DNA from: Gekko japonicus
Taxonomy: Eukaryota
Direction of reading: 5' to 3'
NCBI RefSeq assembly: GCF_001447785.1
Contig: NW_015163746.1
Coordinates: 1-64,000, forward strand
Length of the DNA stretch: 64,000 bases
Both the position numbers and the translations under genes were made by a program. Below the pieces are notes generated by a model. That model saw only the letters and a list, made by a program, of their open reading frames with translations, made no database searches and had not been told where the DNA came from. This document shows positions 47,096-61,489 of this stretch, piece after piece. Within the stretch, counting starts at the first letter, position 1; each line of letters starts with the position of its first letter.

Positions 47096-48468
47096 ATAGA
47101 TATTTCCTCCATACTATATAATACCTTTTATCAGCTTTTATTGTTATGGCAGATTAACTGATGCATTGATACAAGTTGCCTATTGGGTATCTGGAATGGG
47201 ACAAACATAGGATAGGTATTTTTCAAGAATGCTGAGGCAGTTTCCCTCCAGTATAGATATTTCCTCCATACTATATAATACCTTTTATCAGCTTTTATTG
47301 TTATGGCAGATACATTTGTATGTCTATAAACTGATTTTTCCCGCTAAACAACAGCCCGCTCACAGTTTTAAAGCTAGCAGCATTTTTGGCTCATGGGGTA
47401 AAATTTCTGCTCATGAGATTGCATGCCTTAGAGGGAACATTGATTAGCAGTGCATCCCTATGCAGCATTACTGCAGTCTAAACTAATTGATTTGGAATAA
47501 ATCAGCATGGAATCCCACTGTAAGAATCCTCCTTTGCCTCATACTTTGTTTTCAGTATTGCGCATGCACTGTTGGCTGCAACTTTCAGTTCCTTCAGTGT
47601 CCATGTATCCATGTATCCAGTATCCCTCCTCTGCATTACAGGTGTGGACTTTGATACAACTCTGGAAAAATAAAAGGCTTTATATTTATTTATTGATTGA
47701 TTTAAAACACTCTTATGCCACCTTTCTACCCAATCAGGATTCACAAGACAGTGCACATAAAAGCATTTAAACAATTCAAATACAGTTTTAAAATATAAAA
47801 TTCAATTATTAAAACATATAAGCAAGCAACACTAGAAGGAGGGCCTAAAGACATTTATACATAAGCATGTGACAATATGCAGTTGTATTAAATTTCTTTT
47901 TCTGCAATGTATTTAGTAAAACACCACATGAAAAAAACCTACATGCAAGTGCATGTGCAATCGAAGGGGGGGAAAGTTTACTGTGTTTTATCAGAGTCCA
48001 CACATGTATTGATACTACAGAACAGCCAAATGAGAATTTTTGCATTGCCCTGCTGAAACCTAGGTATATGTAGAGAAGAAGCAAACAACCATGATGTATT
48101 ATGCCAAAAAAGTCGCCACAGAATAGATTTTTTTTTCAATATTCAGTTTACTGGAAGCAATTCAAGTGCCATCAACACCAACGAACCATGCATCTTATAC
48201 CTCGTTTCGTGTATAACTTTATCAAAGTGGGGGGCGTTGAAATGCCTATATTTAATTACAAAAATATAATTAATATTAATCCATTTGACAACATTAATCC
48301 ATTTGACAAACTCTCTAGTAGTATCTCATAGTGACACTAATCAAATCCGTTAGTGTACCTAGATATAGGCATGTGATGCAACTGTACCCTCATTCCACCT
48401 AGAGGTTAACTGGAATATTAGAAGGGGCAGTCAGACTAAGCAAGTGCACCTGACTTGGGAATCATAGG

Positions 48469-49415
48469 TAGAGATGTAAAATTTCCGGAAATTTTGAAGC
48501 TCAGGTTTTTTCGGGAAAAAACGGAAATTTTCGGAAAATTGAAAAAAATGCTACATTAGCATTTCTTTTGTCTTTTCTAGATTGAAAGTCATTCTGTTAC
48601 TTTAGGAACATAAAATATGACTATGGACATTTTTATTTGGCATGAAATTATCACAACTAGCATATTAAAAATATAGTGTATCCAAACAATTATTACAAAC
48701 AGAATACCCACCCACATGCAAAAACAAAACTGAAACCTTTTTATTTTCTTCTGACAATAGCACCTCCTAAAGGAAGAAATGCATCTTGCATTGGAGAGTT
48801 CAGTTTGTAACCTAGGACTGGCTTGTCCTCAGTGCACAGAAATTAGATCAATCTGATACCATATATATATATTTTAGAAATGATTTGGAAAATATTTGGA
48901 AGCAGGAACAAGAAAGGGAAAAAAAACTAAACCTAACAAAGAACTCCAAAACCAAACAAAGGTTAGTGGAAAGGAGGGCCAATATTAAAACCTTTTCATA
49001 AAAAGAGGTATATAAAACATATATAGGGGCCCAATTACAACCAATATATATAAAACTCTTTTAGCCCTGGTTATGGTTATGTTTTATATATATTGGTTGT
49101 AATTGGGCCCCTATATATGTTTTAATTTGGTATTATTAATAAATACATGTACCTCTTTTTATGAAAAGGTTTTAATATTGGCCCTCCTTTCCACTAACCT
49201 TTGTTTGGTTTTGGAAAATATTTGAACACCTTGTCTTAAAATATTTTATTCATCATGTTAAAATAAAACGTTCCATAATCATTTTTTCTTTTCTTTTCTT
49301 TTTTCAATTTTTCCAATTTTTCGGAAAAAAACAAAAAATCTTCAGGGAAAAAAATGGAAAAAACCCGTTTTTTTTCTGAATTTTTCCAGTTTTTTTCCGG
49401 GCCTTCACATCTCTA
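48469..49415. mobile_element. TAGAGATG-type hAT MITE
   Basis: TIR TAGAGATGT/ACATCTCTA, perfect 8-bp TSD ATCATAGG, subterminal CGGAAA repeats. Confidence 0.88.
48945..49215. repeat. Fold-back inverted repeat (about 110-bp arms, about 24-bp loop)
   Basis: 48945-49056 is the reverse complement of 49081-49215 apart from an about 25-nt insertion in the right arm. Confidence 0.9.
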
Positions 49416-51394
49416 ATCATAGGTCCTTGTCTCTCCCAAGGTCCAGCAGTGGGACATTTCCATTTGAAGTCATTTTTAAAAACTAGGCCTGGCTATGGTA
49501 GAAGTATGGGAAGCGGAAGAGAAAGAGCAGGTGTGACTGTTTCTAGGATGATTCCTAAGGGGGAAGGATCTCATTGGCGGACGAGTATCATCTGATGCTC
49601 TAGGCCAAATCCTATATTTGGGTATGGGATCTCTCCTGTTTTCCTTTTGCCCATCTACCTGATGTCTGTACCTGATGCTTAAACTGGTATGCTGTGTTGT
49701 GCCATAGTATTGATTATTCTTCGGCTCATCATCATCAGATTGCTCACAGATTTACATAGATATTATGTAGTGAGTCAGTTGTTGTTCTTTGCTCTTAGAC
49801 CTAAGAAGGAATGCACTGGAATTTTAACTATTTTGCTTTCTGTAACTTTTAGAAATAAAATGTCTTTATATTATATCTGTTTTGATTACTGTGTGAACAG
49901 GAATTACCTTGGAACTCATGGGTAAGTAGTTTGGTGGTTTTGCAAGGTTTTGGGGAGGTTGCTCAGGGTTCCAGGTATTGGGACTGGGAACAACATCCCT
50001 GCAGGGTGGTGTCAGTCCTGACAATGCACAAAGTTATATTAAGTACAGAACCTGCAAGATAAGTTAAAATCATGTCCACTGCAATTCAACAGAAGAACTT
50101 TTGCCCATATAAATTAATGCAGTCCTTTAGCACCAATGGAAGGAAAGCCAAATGGTAAACCAGTACATAGAAATCATCAATTTGTTACTGTTTACTTGAT
50201 TTGTCAGGACTGGTGACTAGATTTTGCAGACAGTAGATGAACTGTTTCATTATTTATTTGCATTAAATTTTATCAAATGTGTTGTCTTTTTCTGTGCCAA
50301 AATAAGTTCACTGGGGGGAAAAACTGACCTTCCCATCTAAAAAAAAAGTGAAAAGGGAAACTGCATGGTCAAAAGTTTAAGAGTTCCCTTCTGTGCAGTT
50401 AGACTGATGAAAGTCTAGAATACCAAAATGCAGTGACAAAGATGGCTAGAGGATTTGTAGGCATTACTCAAAACCATAATATCCTTGATTAATATCAGAG
50501 GACTACATACAAATCAAGGTATCACAACTCAATTGCGCAGCAATCAAGATCTAAAAATCCAGTTTGAGAGATCATGATCTTTGATCCTGATGTATGTAGA
50601 CCAATGAAGATGAGACAAAGACTCTGTATTATTCTACATTTTGTTTCGTATAGATATCTTCAGATCATGGACTAACATATAATAATTTTGTTACTTACGA
50701 AAGTAATACAAAAATAAATATATCATTTCTCAAATAATTATTGTCATTCTTGTTGTTAAATACTAAAGGAGAACACACCTGCTCTTGTAGCTAAACATAC
50801 TTGAAATAGGCAGCCTCACTGCAAATAGTATTATTCTTATGGTGTGCCTTTCTGCAGTTGTTACTATGAGGAAAAACACAGACCTCTTTTAAAACTATTT
50901 GATCATAATGAAACCTTGGCCAAGAAATACACATACATGCAAGTTTACCAATGACAATGCCACTCCCACTCTCTCACTTCCTATGGTATGAATCCTTGAA
51001 TTGTAATAGTTGGCAGAGCATCCTAATCGCTCTTTACAAAGGGCCATTATGTAGATTCGTGGTGGCTGGGTTAGGAGCCCTTTTTCCAGTGGTTCAGAAT
51101 CAATATATGTTGGGAGATCTAGGAACAGATTGCTTAGTAACAGAGACTCAGAATGTCTGTTGATTTTCCTGCTCATTTATTTATTTATTTGATTGATTGA
51201 GTGATTGATTGATTGATTCCCCAGCCTCCCCATCAAGGCAGGCAATTTACATAATTTTTTAAAAAACAATTTTAAAACACATAAAATCTAAAGTACTATA
51301 CATACATTCCTATGCAATGGCAATCGTAATCCAATATTTTCATAACAGGAGTCAGTTAGCGCAGGCATAACTGATGGAAAAGATCCCAGGGAAG

Positions 51395-53280
51395 CTCTGA
51401 TGTTACATCAAGATGTTAAATGTTCTGGGGGGAGAACACAATAACAGCCATATACAAAATAGGCTGATCACAAAGGCAACAAACATCGCACCATATGAGC
51501 AATGGCACAGCCACAAACCTTCTATGGGACACTTAAGAATGTTTGGAAGCAAGGCCTATTCATATGTTCCAAAAGAAAGAAGGTAATCTGATTGAGCTAC
51601 AGAAGGAATTTTTTAATGTTATTCAGCTAGATATAAAGGCTACAGAATTCTGGATCCACAGACCAACAATATCACAGTGAGCAGTTCTGTCCACTTTGTT
51701 GAAAGCAAGAGACCTCCAGTTTCAGAAGGGGCCAGCACTGAAGTGGACAGCCAACTAGTGTATCCTGATGTGACCAACATCAAGGAAGAAGAAACTACTG
51801 ATCCTGAGATGCCCCTGACTAATGAAACAATGCAAGATGTGCCTGATTAACAGAGAGAACAGAGAGGTGATCAGTGCACTCTAACAAAGGTATTCCAGCA
51901 CCAAGACTGTCCTACCTTGCAGAAATGGTGGAAATACCTTCATAATGGGAAGAAATATCCCACCTGCCAACTCAAGAGGCACAGAAATGGAAACATACTG
52001 CACAAGAGGAGTTTCATGCTCTGCACAAGAACAACACATGGACACTTACAGAGCTATCTCAAGGGAGGAAAGCTATAGGATGTAAGTGGGCCTTCAAACT
52101 GAAACACAATGTGGAAGGTGGGATCCAACACTACAAAGCCAGACTAGTAGCTAAGGTATACTCACAGAAATATGGAGAGGACTATAATGAAACATTTGCA
52201 CCTGTAGTTAAACATGCAACACTAAGAACACTTCTGAGTGTTTCTGCAAGCAAGAGAATGCAGCTTGAGCACCTAGATGTGAAGATTGCATTCTTACATG
52301 GTGAGCTAAAAGAATAAATCTATATGCAACAACCACTTGGCTTCATAGAGAAAGGCAAAGGAGAACTTGTATGTAAGCTTCAAAAGAGCATCTATGGACT
52401 GAAACAGGCTTCTAGAGCTTGGAACTCAAAGCTGAACATGTTACTTCAAGCAGACTTCAAGAGAAGTGCATCTTATCCTTGACTGTACACCAAATGCAAA
52501 AATTGCAAATGGACTTACATTCTTACTTATGTTGATGACCTGATCCTAGCATGTGAAAGCCAAGATGGCAGCAAGGAAAATGTAGATCCTCTGAACCAAC
52601 AAGCTGAAGTTAAGCAACTGGACAACCTCTCACATTATTTTGGCATCCAGGTTCCAAGAGAACCAGATGGAAGTTTTCTCATCAACAAAGAGCAAAAGAT
52701 CAAAGATCTGATCAAATCCCTGAAAACGAAGAAGGCCAATTCTGCAACAACTCCAATAGAAGTGAACTGCATCAAACAATGAGATGACTACCTACCAACA
52801 ACAGGGTCATGAAATCCTAGGTAAGCTTCTTTACATTAGCACATTAACCAGACCAGTCATAAGTACAGCAGCGGGATTACTGTGTATGAAGACTGAGAAA
52901 CCAACTAACAAAGACTGGAATGCAGTTAAGAGACTTGTGAGATACCTAAAGGGTACTGCAGAACTTCAGCTTAAGCTACCAGCCAATGATAGCCCTAAAC
53001 TAGTGGCATATGTAGATGCTGACTGGGGTGGAGACATCACAGATAGAAAATCCACCACTGGCAGCATAATTTTCTATGGAGAAGGAGCCACAAGCTGGTC
53101 AAGTAGGAAATAAAACGTAGGTGCAGCATTCACCACTGAAGCACAATAAATGTCAGCTGCACAAGGTTGTCAAGAGATAAGGTCACTATGTCTGCTACTA
53201 ACAGACATGGGCATAGATGTACCACAACCCATACTAATGCCTGAAGAAAACCGCAGCTGCATTCATCTATCTAAATGAAA
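51395..53280 (+). mobile_element. Decayed Ty1/Copia pol (integrase end, RT, RNase H)
   Basis: [46 protein letters not shown] and AYVDADWGGDITDRKSTTG...SWSSRK, with multiple stops. Confidence 0.92.
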
Positions 53281-53375
53281 ATATATGAACCACCGTACTA
53301 TTGCCAAGCAGCCGCTTTATAAAGCATTTCTAAAGACTCTTAAATATGACTGAAAAGCTGGACTGTAAAATAAGT

Positions 53376-54462
53376 CAGTCAGGGCCATGGACAGAAGGGT
53401 AGCCAGTGTTCTTATACTGGACTGAAAGCATGTGCTCTAGCCAAGGAGAACCTTGCACTGGAGCCATGGACTACAAGATGCCTCTCACTGCTGTACCTTT
53501 GCAGCAGACCAGCACCAGAAGGCAAATCAACCACCCTGACTCCTACACACACGGAACCAGCAGCAGATCACAGAGAGAAGCCATGCTCTGTGAACAGAAC
53601 CAGAAGATTCCTCTACAAACACCATAAGGGATCCCCTTATTCATCATGCAGGCATCCCCCCCACCTTCACATATTAACATCATCAGGTGAAGCATGTATG
53701 CCTCTTCAGCCTAAACAAAAGAATATACTCCATGATGGGATTGACGAGCCATCACGTCTTCCAGCTGCCCATCAAGATAATGCAGCTGTTGAACATCTGG
53801 TCATTAAGACCAACTACCAGCAATGTAGGAGGAACATTACTCTTCTTTTCTCTCCTTTGTCTCTATCCTTCCCCCTGAGAGGTGTCCCTATTTGTCAAAC
53901 CATTATTTCAATTGCCCAATGATTAATCCCCTTTTCTAACCCATTAACAGTTTAAGTTTCTTAATATTTCCTGGGGACTACGTAACCAACAAGGCATCAG
54001 CCTCAGGTCACAAATCAGGTATAAAAGAAGAGCAGCACCCCATTGTTCTCTCTCTCGCTTCTACCTTCCTAATCCCACCCTATCTTGCTGGTTCCATTCT
54101 TAGTGTTGTTGGAACCTTCCACATGTGTTGCTGGCCAACTCATGATCCCCTTTCCATAGTTTTAATCCTTTTTTCACTGCAGAGTTGTCTTGTCTTGTCA
54201 AACACGTAATGTGTCGCCCCATCAATGATACCTCCTGCTAATGCAACTGCCTCTGTACCTTTCTATCTGAATTCCTAGATCTGTGTTGCTTGTGTGTATG
54301 CTTGATTTTATATTGTATGTGTGAGAATCCTTAGTAAAGAAATCACTGCTTTAGCACATCTAGCCTCAGTGTCTATTTCTGGGCTCTAGAAAATCAGACT
54401 CCCGTATACATAAGTTATTGGTCCCATAGTTAATGCCTATATTAATATTCATAACTCCTGAC
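53376..54462 (+). mobile_element. Probable long solo LTR
   Basis: GTCAGG...CCTGACA ends, TATAAAA near 54020 and AGTAAA near 54333. Boundaries approximate. Confidence 0.45.
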
Positions 54463-56804
54463 ATTTATTAAGAAATAAGGTAATTTGGCTAACAATACCA
54501 AGCATATAGACATAAAGTATCACCTAATGAGAAATCTGTAGTAAGGAGTTATCAAGTTAACCTACTGTCCAATGAAACAAATGAAACAAACATTAATCAA
54601 ATGTTCAAAATTACTTTAATTCATATTACAAAAGTTTTGCACATGTGTACCTCTGCTCAGTGTTTACATAGCTGTTCCTGTCACCAGTTGCTCAGTTTAT
54701 CTGGGGGAAAATAATGCTTACAAAAGAACTCTCCTTGCTTCCTCCACTCTTTTGGGGTGTGTAGGGAGGAAACTGTGATTTGTCTCTCTAATATTCCACT
54801 TTTCTCTGTCCACTTCGCTTGCCTGATTCCCAAAATCATGCAAGCAATCATGCATCCCCATTCGCGGGGAGGGCGGGGTATAAATGCAATAAAATAAAAT
54901 AAATAAAATAAAATAAATTCATGTTCACTGACTATTCTACACTGGGTTGCAAATACTTTAAATGTTATCACAATGACACCTGAGAACTGTGGCTCAATCT
55001 ACTACATTCTGAGAATGCTGACCATGATTAATGCTGCTGACTGTACAACCACAAAAGAACAGTCTCTTGAAATGTAGCTGATTTTCAAGGATGCATGGCT
55101 TGCCCATGATGACACTTGGGCATAAGTAATGCAAGCAAACTGTGAGTAAATTTTGTCTGTGGACCAATAGCAGCTACCTGTCCAGCTGCCATCCTGAATC
55201 CAACTATGGAGATTTTTAAAAATTCCTTAAACTGTGCACAAATCATTAATCTCTGGAATTGCATGGGAGGAAATGAATGGTATGAGCAAGTGAAATTTGA
55301 TTTAATATTCCATGTGCAAAAGGAATCACTCTCTGAGAGAAAAGTGCAAATGGAAAGGGCTGGAATTTGAACTGGCCTGCAAATTTTTCCACAGGAAATC
55401 ATGGTTTGAAGCTGGGAAAATAAATCTGGAAATAGAGTTTGGCCTGCAGTTTTTGTCCCTCCCCCCACATTTCTAGACTTGCTGCATCCATGAGACCCCT
55501 TAGTAGTGGATAAACTTTTGATTCTAGAGTACTATAGAGGAATTATGAGGGAGGCTCTGTTTACAGATGGAAACCTGAAAAGCAGGCTGATGGTATATCT
55601 GAACTTATATCTCTCCATCTGCACCTTTCAGTACAACTAATAAACCTCAGAGTCATCCTTTCCTTTAGTCCTGTTTCCTTAATCCAAATGTCCTTGCATT
55701 TCCATATTCAAGCAGTCTCATTGTCTTGGGCTTGTGACCACTTTACTGGTTGTATTTATGTAATTTGTGTTCATTCCCAGTATTAGGCAGGAGGTAACTT
55801 TGTACATATTTGAATAGGTTACAATTTGCACCTTAACAATGGTTCTGGGGAGGATTTCTCTGAGAGATGGCAATTCTTTTTTTAAAAAACATAATTTTAT
55901 TAGTTTCTGACAAACACACATAAATGAGAGATTTTATACTTATATATCTGTTAAAATACCTCATATGTATATGTCTAGTTTTCTATCTACTTTCTACTCT
56001 TATCTAATTCTGGCTACTAAGTAAATTAATAATATACCTTAACTATTATTCAATGTTATTTAAACAATATCAGAAATCTCTAAGATTATATAAATTTCTC
56101 TTATCATTTCTAATCTTATAGTTTAGATACATAAAATATTTAAGTTTTAATGTTACTTTTCCTGTACATTTGTTCAATATGGTTCATTTCCGTAATCAAT
56201 CTTATTCTAATACCTTAATTAAAAAATTACAGGAAGCTTCTTTCCGTATTAATTTATATAATCAATATCAATCTGCATTCTTCAGGTTCCCTTTAAAATA
56301 TTTTTAAATAGTAAGTCCTTTATACAGATCTAATTGCATCAAAAGTAAGCTTACATGTTACATAAACAATCTTAACACATCAAAAATAGGCTTAAACACA
56401 GACCTCTAAACTTACTTTTGATGCAGCTCTAAATATAGATGGTAGATCAAATTAAAGTTATTTTTTATTTATTGGAGAATTACTGGGGAGAAACTGACAT
56501 ACAACATTGCCATCTTTTTCTCTACAGTTCTGGCAGCTCCCTATATACATGTGCTAAATGGCTGCCAAAATATTGAATGGACCAGATGTTAAACCTGGCA
56601 TCTTCTCCTAGTAAGTAAAGAATTCCTAGATAAACTTTACTCCCACCTGGCCTGGCTGTGCTTAATGAGCATGTCACAGAAGCAGAGAAGGATGACTGTA
56701 CAAATTAAACTCTTTTTTAACCCATGTTTCAAAATCCATAGCTATCTGTCTTTCTCTGTTATATGAGAGGCAAGGCACTGAAACTAAGTCATAACTGATA
56801 TATC

Positions 56805-57228
56805 CAGGGCTATTTTTGGGCAGGAATAGCACAGGAACGGAGTTCCGTCTGGCTTCAGAGTTGGCCACACCCACTACAGCCAAAACCTCTGTGTGTGTGT
56901 CGACAAAGAGAAGGCCTGGACTCTGAGGTGGGTGGGCCAGTGGGGCCTCTGGAAGGATCGGGGAGGCACTTAAATGCCTCCCCGTGTCTTCTCTGGCCTG
57001 TCCAAGGGCTGGCTTTCCCAGGCTCCCCGCAGCTGCAGGGCACCTGGGCAAGCCTTCCCCTCCCTTCAAAGGGGGGGCTTGTCAGGGCTCCCCGCAACCA
57101 CGGGGCACCCGGGCAAGCCAAGGGAAGGCATGGGGGTGTAGCCTAATATGCTAATGAGTTTGTGCTGTCGGTTGTGGCCTATAATGCTAATGAGTTCCTG
57201 TTGGGCTTTTTCTACAAACCCCCCCCTG
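56805..57228. mobile_element. Short member of the 2121-6504 hAT-type family
   Basis: CAGGGCTATTTTTG...CCCTG with perfect 8-bp TSD GATATATC. Shares subterminal ATGCTAATGAG repeats. Confidence 0.88.
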
Positions 57229-58123
57229 GATATATCCATTATAGGAGGTTACAGTCTCCACCACAGATATGTATTGAGGTCAACTGGTGTGGTTAATCCA
57301 GTCACCAATAGTTAGCAGAGTGCTTAAATAAAGCTACAAATGCAGGAGCATCACTTTACCAGGTTACTCAGCTTGCAAAGCTACACAGAGCCACATTGCG
57401 AGTTTAGAAGAGAAATTCTCTCCTTTTTATTTGAGAAGTACACTTTTGGATAGGAAAGAGCAGAGACTGATAGATTACTAATTTACTAGCTAAAGGATGG
57501 AGACAGATGGCCAGAGGCCCATCTGCCTCATGGTGCCAAGAGAGGACCGCATGTCCCTCTTTTGGTGTGTGCAAGTAGACAGCAAGTCTTCATTCAGACC
57601 AATAAAGGTGTGTGTGAGAGAGAGATCCCTGAGATCACAATCTACATATCAAAGAGGACAGTGGCAGAAGAGTAGATACAGGAAGAAAGTTCACTTTGCC
57701 TGTCTAGCTATCTAGTCTCTGTTGCCACTCAGTTTGGAGGTCTGAGACAGGGGGCATTCCATCTGGAACTTCCAACAATATGCATGTGTGCACACCTTAA
57801 GAGGCTTGTTTATACATCCTTTGATTATGCATTCAAAACCCCATAAATTCCATTGATTTCGACATCAGTGCCATGTATTGATAATAACATGTATCCAGCC
57901 ATGCAGTACATCTGACGGGATTGGATTTTCCACTTGCAGAAGAGGGAAGTAGCAATTTCTGCCAATCCCTCCCTTCCTCCCTTCCTCCCTCCCTCCCTCC
58001 CTGCCTCTCTTCCTCCAGGAACAACATTTCAGGGAAATCAGTGGATTGCAGGCAGAGGGGAAAATAGGAAAATCCTGCTCTATGAAATCTATTTTTATTT
58101 ATTTATTTATTATTCAGATTTAT

Positions 58124-59193
58124 TATTCAGATATACACCTACATTTTCCCATGGTCCAAAGTTCTTGTACTAGTTAATTTTGTCTCGATTAGCCTTTTGT
58201 TTCTCTGATGACATTTTGCAAATATAGGTTCTGGAGCTGCGGTGGCTCAAGTGGTTAAGACGCTGAACTGCAGGCTGGAAGGTCGGTAGTTCAGCAGTTT
58301 GAGACCCGGGTGCCGCATGACGGAGTGAGCTCTCGTCTCTGGTTCCAACTCCTGCCAACCTAGCAGTTCGAAAACAAGAAATTGCAAGTAGATAAATAAG
58401 TACCGCTTCGGTGGGAAGGTAATAGCGTTCCGTGCGCCTCGGCATTTACTCATGCCGGCCACATGACCATGGAAACGTCTTCGGACAGCGCTGGCTCTTC
58501 GGCTTGGAAACAGAAATGAGCACCACAACCTAGAGTCGGATTCGACTGGCTTTCAAGCAAGGGAAACCTTTACCTTTATCATCCCACCCCTAGATATTCT
58601 AACCATGCAACATGTAATCTTGCATTTCACTGCCAGTGTGGTGTAGTGTTTAAGAGTGTATTCAGATATACACCTACATTTTCCCATGGTCCAAAGTTCT
58701 TGTACTAGTTAATTTTGTCTCGATTAGCCTTTTGTTTCTCTGATGACATTTTGCAAATATAGGTTCTGGAGCTGCGGTGGCTCAAGTGGTTAAGACGCTG
58801 AACTGCAGGCTGGAAGGTCGGTAGTTCAGCAGTTTGAGACCCGGGTGCCGCATGACGGAGTGAGCTCTCGTCTCTGGTTCCAACTCCTGCCAACCTAGCA
58901 GTTCGAAAACAAGAAATTGCAAGTAGATAAATAAGTACCGCTTCGGTGGGAAGGTAATAGCGTTCCGTGCGCCTCGGCATTTACTCATGCCGGCCACATG
59001 ACCATGGAAACGTCTTCGGACAGCGCTGGCTCTTCGGCTTGGAAACAGAAATGAGCACCACAACCTAGAGTCGGATTCGACTGGCTTTCAAGCAAGGGAA
59101 ACCTTTACCTTTATCATCCCACCCCTAGATATTCTAACCATGCAACATATAATCTTGCATTTCACTGCCAGTGTGGTATAGTATTTAAGAGCG
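58124..59193 (+). repeat. 535-bp tandem duplication, each unit containing a full-length Sauria SINE (about 58209-58578 and 58744-59113)
   Basis: Identical ORF translations offset by 535 bp. The differences seen cluster in the last about 50 bp. Confidence 0.92.
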
Positions 59194-59405
59194 GTGGCAG
59201 ACTATAATCTGGAGAACCAGATTTGATTCCTCACTCCTTCACACAAAGCCTGCTGGGTGACCTTGAGCCAGTCAGAGATCTCTCAGAACTCTCTCACTTC
59301 TACCTCACAAGATGTTTGTTGTGGGGAGAGGAAGAGAAGGTGATTGCAAGCCTTTTTGAGTCTCCTTAAGGTAGAGAAAAGTGGGGTGTAAAAAACAACT
59401 CTTCA
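59168..59405 (+). mobile_element. tRNA-derived squamate SINE
   Basis: gccagtgtggtatagt...ttgattcctcactcc...gggtgaccttg...gagaaaagtggggtgtaaaa. Confidence 0.7.
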
Positions 59406-59850
59406 TCAACATCATCCAGACCCATCTGATTGTATTTGGTTCCTGCCTTTCGCATATGGCATGTTGGATTCTGGTTTGTGTTGGTCCCCAAACTCTCTAT
59501 CCAGCCATGATGCTAGATTATCTAGGGTTTTTGCCAAACTAATCTGGTTCGCTATGATTGATGGAGTTTCTTTTGTGATTTATTGGCACTCAGGACAAAA
59601 TTCTGGTTGTTGTTGTTGTTCGCCTGGCAAATAGAATGAAATTCAGTATCAAAACTGATGTTCAACCTGATGTCTGCTTTTGCAAATAATTTGTGTTAAA
59701 AGGCTGTAGAACAACTAAATAAAACGGGGAGATTGGCAAAGAAAATAGCAGGACAAAATCTTCAACATGAATATATATATAAAAATAAATATAAATATAT
59801 GAATGAAAAGTACAACTACCCCGTGTCCCACCCACCGATGCAAATGAGCG

Positions 59851-60594
59851 CAGGGTCGGATCTACTATGAAACTAATGAAGCTTAAGCTTCAGGGCTCCT
59901 AATCCTGAAGGGGCCCTGAAGCAACTTTTTTTAATGAGTAAATGTTTCAACAAAATTGATGGCTTTTTTAGTTTTTGTTATTAAAATAAGGCTATTTTAG
60001 TGACAGAATCATAAGCCAATGGGTTGAAGTTCTTAATATTGACCTTAATGCTCTGACACCCATTTTATATGGCCTCAAAATGTCCCTGTAAATGGTCAAA
60101 TTTCAAAATTTTCTTGGGGGCATGCAGCACTCGAAGCCCCAGCTGTATGGGTTTGCTGAGTTCACCACAATCTATTCGTAGCCTACATTTCGGCAGCTGG
60201 ATCCTCAAATCCTTCATTGATGCATGGCTTAATAGTTCTACAGTTCAGCCCTTAGCCAATCAGAACCATAAAAAGACATCTGAATTCTCAATTCAGGCTG
60301 CACTAGTCTCACTTGTGCATTTTAACACCAAAAATTAGATTTTCACCTCTTTATCCTAATGAGGATAATAGCAGTTACACAGACTTCATTGCTGGCAGGA
60401 AGGGGCTCACTGCATGACCCATTTTCAAGGGCTCCACCTCACCACCCTGTCCTCTGCCATTTGGGCCTCAAGGTCCTTGCAAGGGCAGCAAGGCCCTTTG
60501 GACCTTGTTGGATGTTGCCTTATTGTTGCTGGTTGAGAAAGGGCCCCCAGAACAGTTCAAGCTTCAGGGTTCCAAAAGTGTAGGTCCACCACTG
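59851..60594. mobile_element. hAT-like MITE
   Basis: CAGGGTCGGATCTAC/GTAGGTCCACCACTG ends with subterminal aagcttcaggg at both ends. TSD degenerate. Confidence 0.6.
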
Positions 60595-61489
60595 TTTGAG
60601 CATCCATTTTCATTTGTAAAATGTTGTCGGACATGAATCTCTGTGCTTTCTGGACTAGACAAATAGAGGAAGCACAAACTCCCGTAGCTGGAGAAAAGAC
60701 CTACAAGCTTACAATGGGAGAAGTCACATGTAAACAAAGGTAATACTTATAATCTTCAGCAGTGATAATATCATCAAACGTTGGCAGGTAATAATCATAT
60801 ATCAGTCCCTTGTGAAATCACTCTGCAATTAGAGTGCTCTCATTCTAGGTAAGGAAACACATGCAGAAAAATGCAAAAACCACAGTCCTGAGCATAGGTA
60901 GGCTGTTTAAATCTTTGACTTCTATGGGATTTAAGCAGCTTAAAGCCAGCACAGAGAAAAATTATAGAATGCAAGGGGAGAGAAGGGAAATAGAGAGCTG
61001 AATAGAAAGTTACATACAAGCAGGGAGAGAGATAAGCCCTTTGGACATGTAATGTGGTCATGTTTTCAATACATTGCCAGAAATTAAGAAGGAAGAACTC
61101 TAGGAAGGACAGAGGTAAAATCGAATTAACAGTGGAAGCCTAAATAGAACTACACCCGTCTAAACCCATTGGGGTCAACAGATTGTGAAGGGTAAAATTC
61201 AGTTTAGAATTGCATTAAATTCCCCACCACCACCATAACAGGATCTAACCACAGCTTAGAATCCTGGTTTTGGAGGGGGGACTAATACGAAGTAACCCAG
61301 GCCCCTGTATTTGTATGTCATGGGTGATTAATGCTGATATTTTTACCTTGGATTCTGTGCATACCCTGGAACGGAGAGGAGGAAGGTGTGCAAGGCAGCA
61401 AGCTGGATTTGTTAACATTCCACCTTTTCAATTGTGGTTTAAAGCTATGTCTGAATGCAGTCTGAGCAGTTTCTGTTCTTCGGGTGGGT

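Noticed and set aside
47091-47311. About 63-bp direct repeat (also short duplications at 6267-6338, 21609-21760 and 39100-39210)
   Set aside because: Ordinary local duplications with no further structure.
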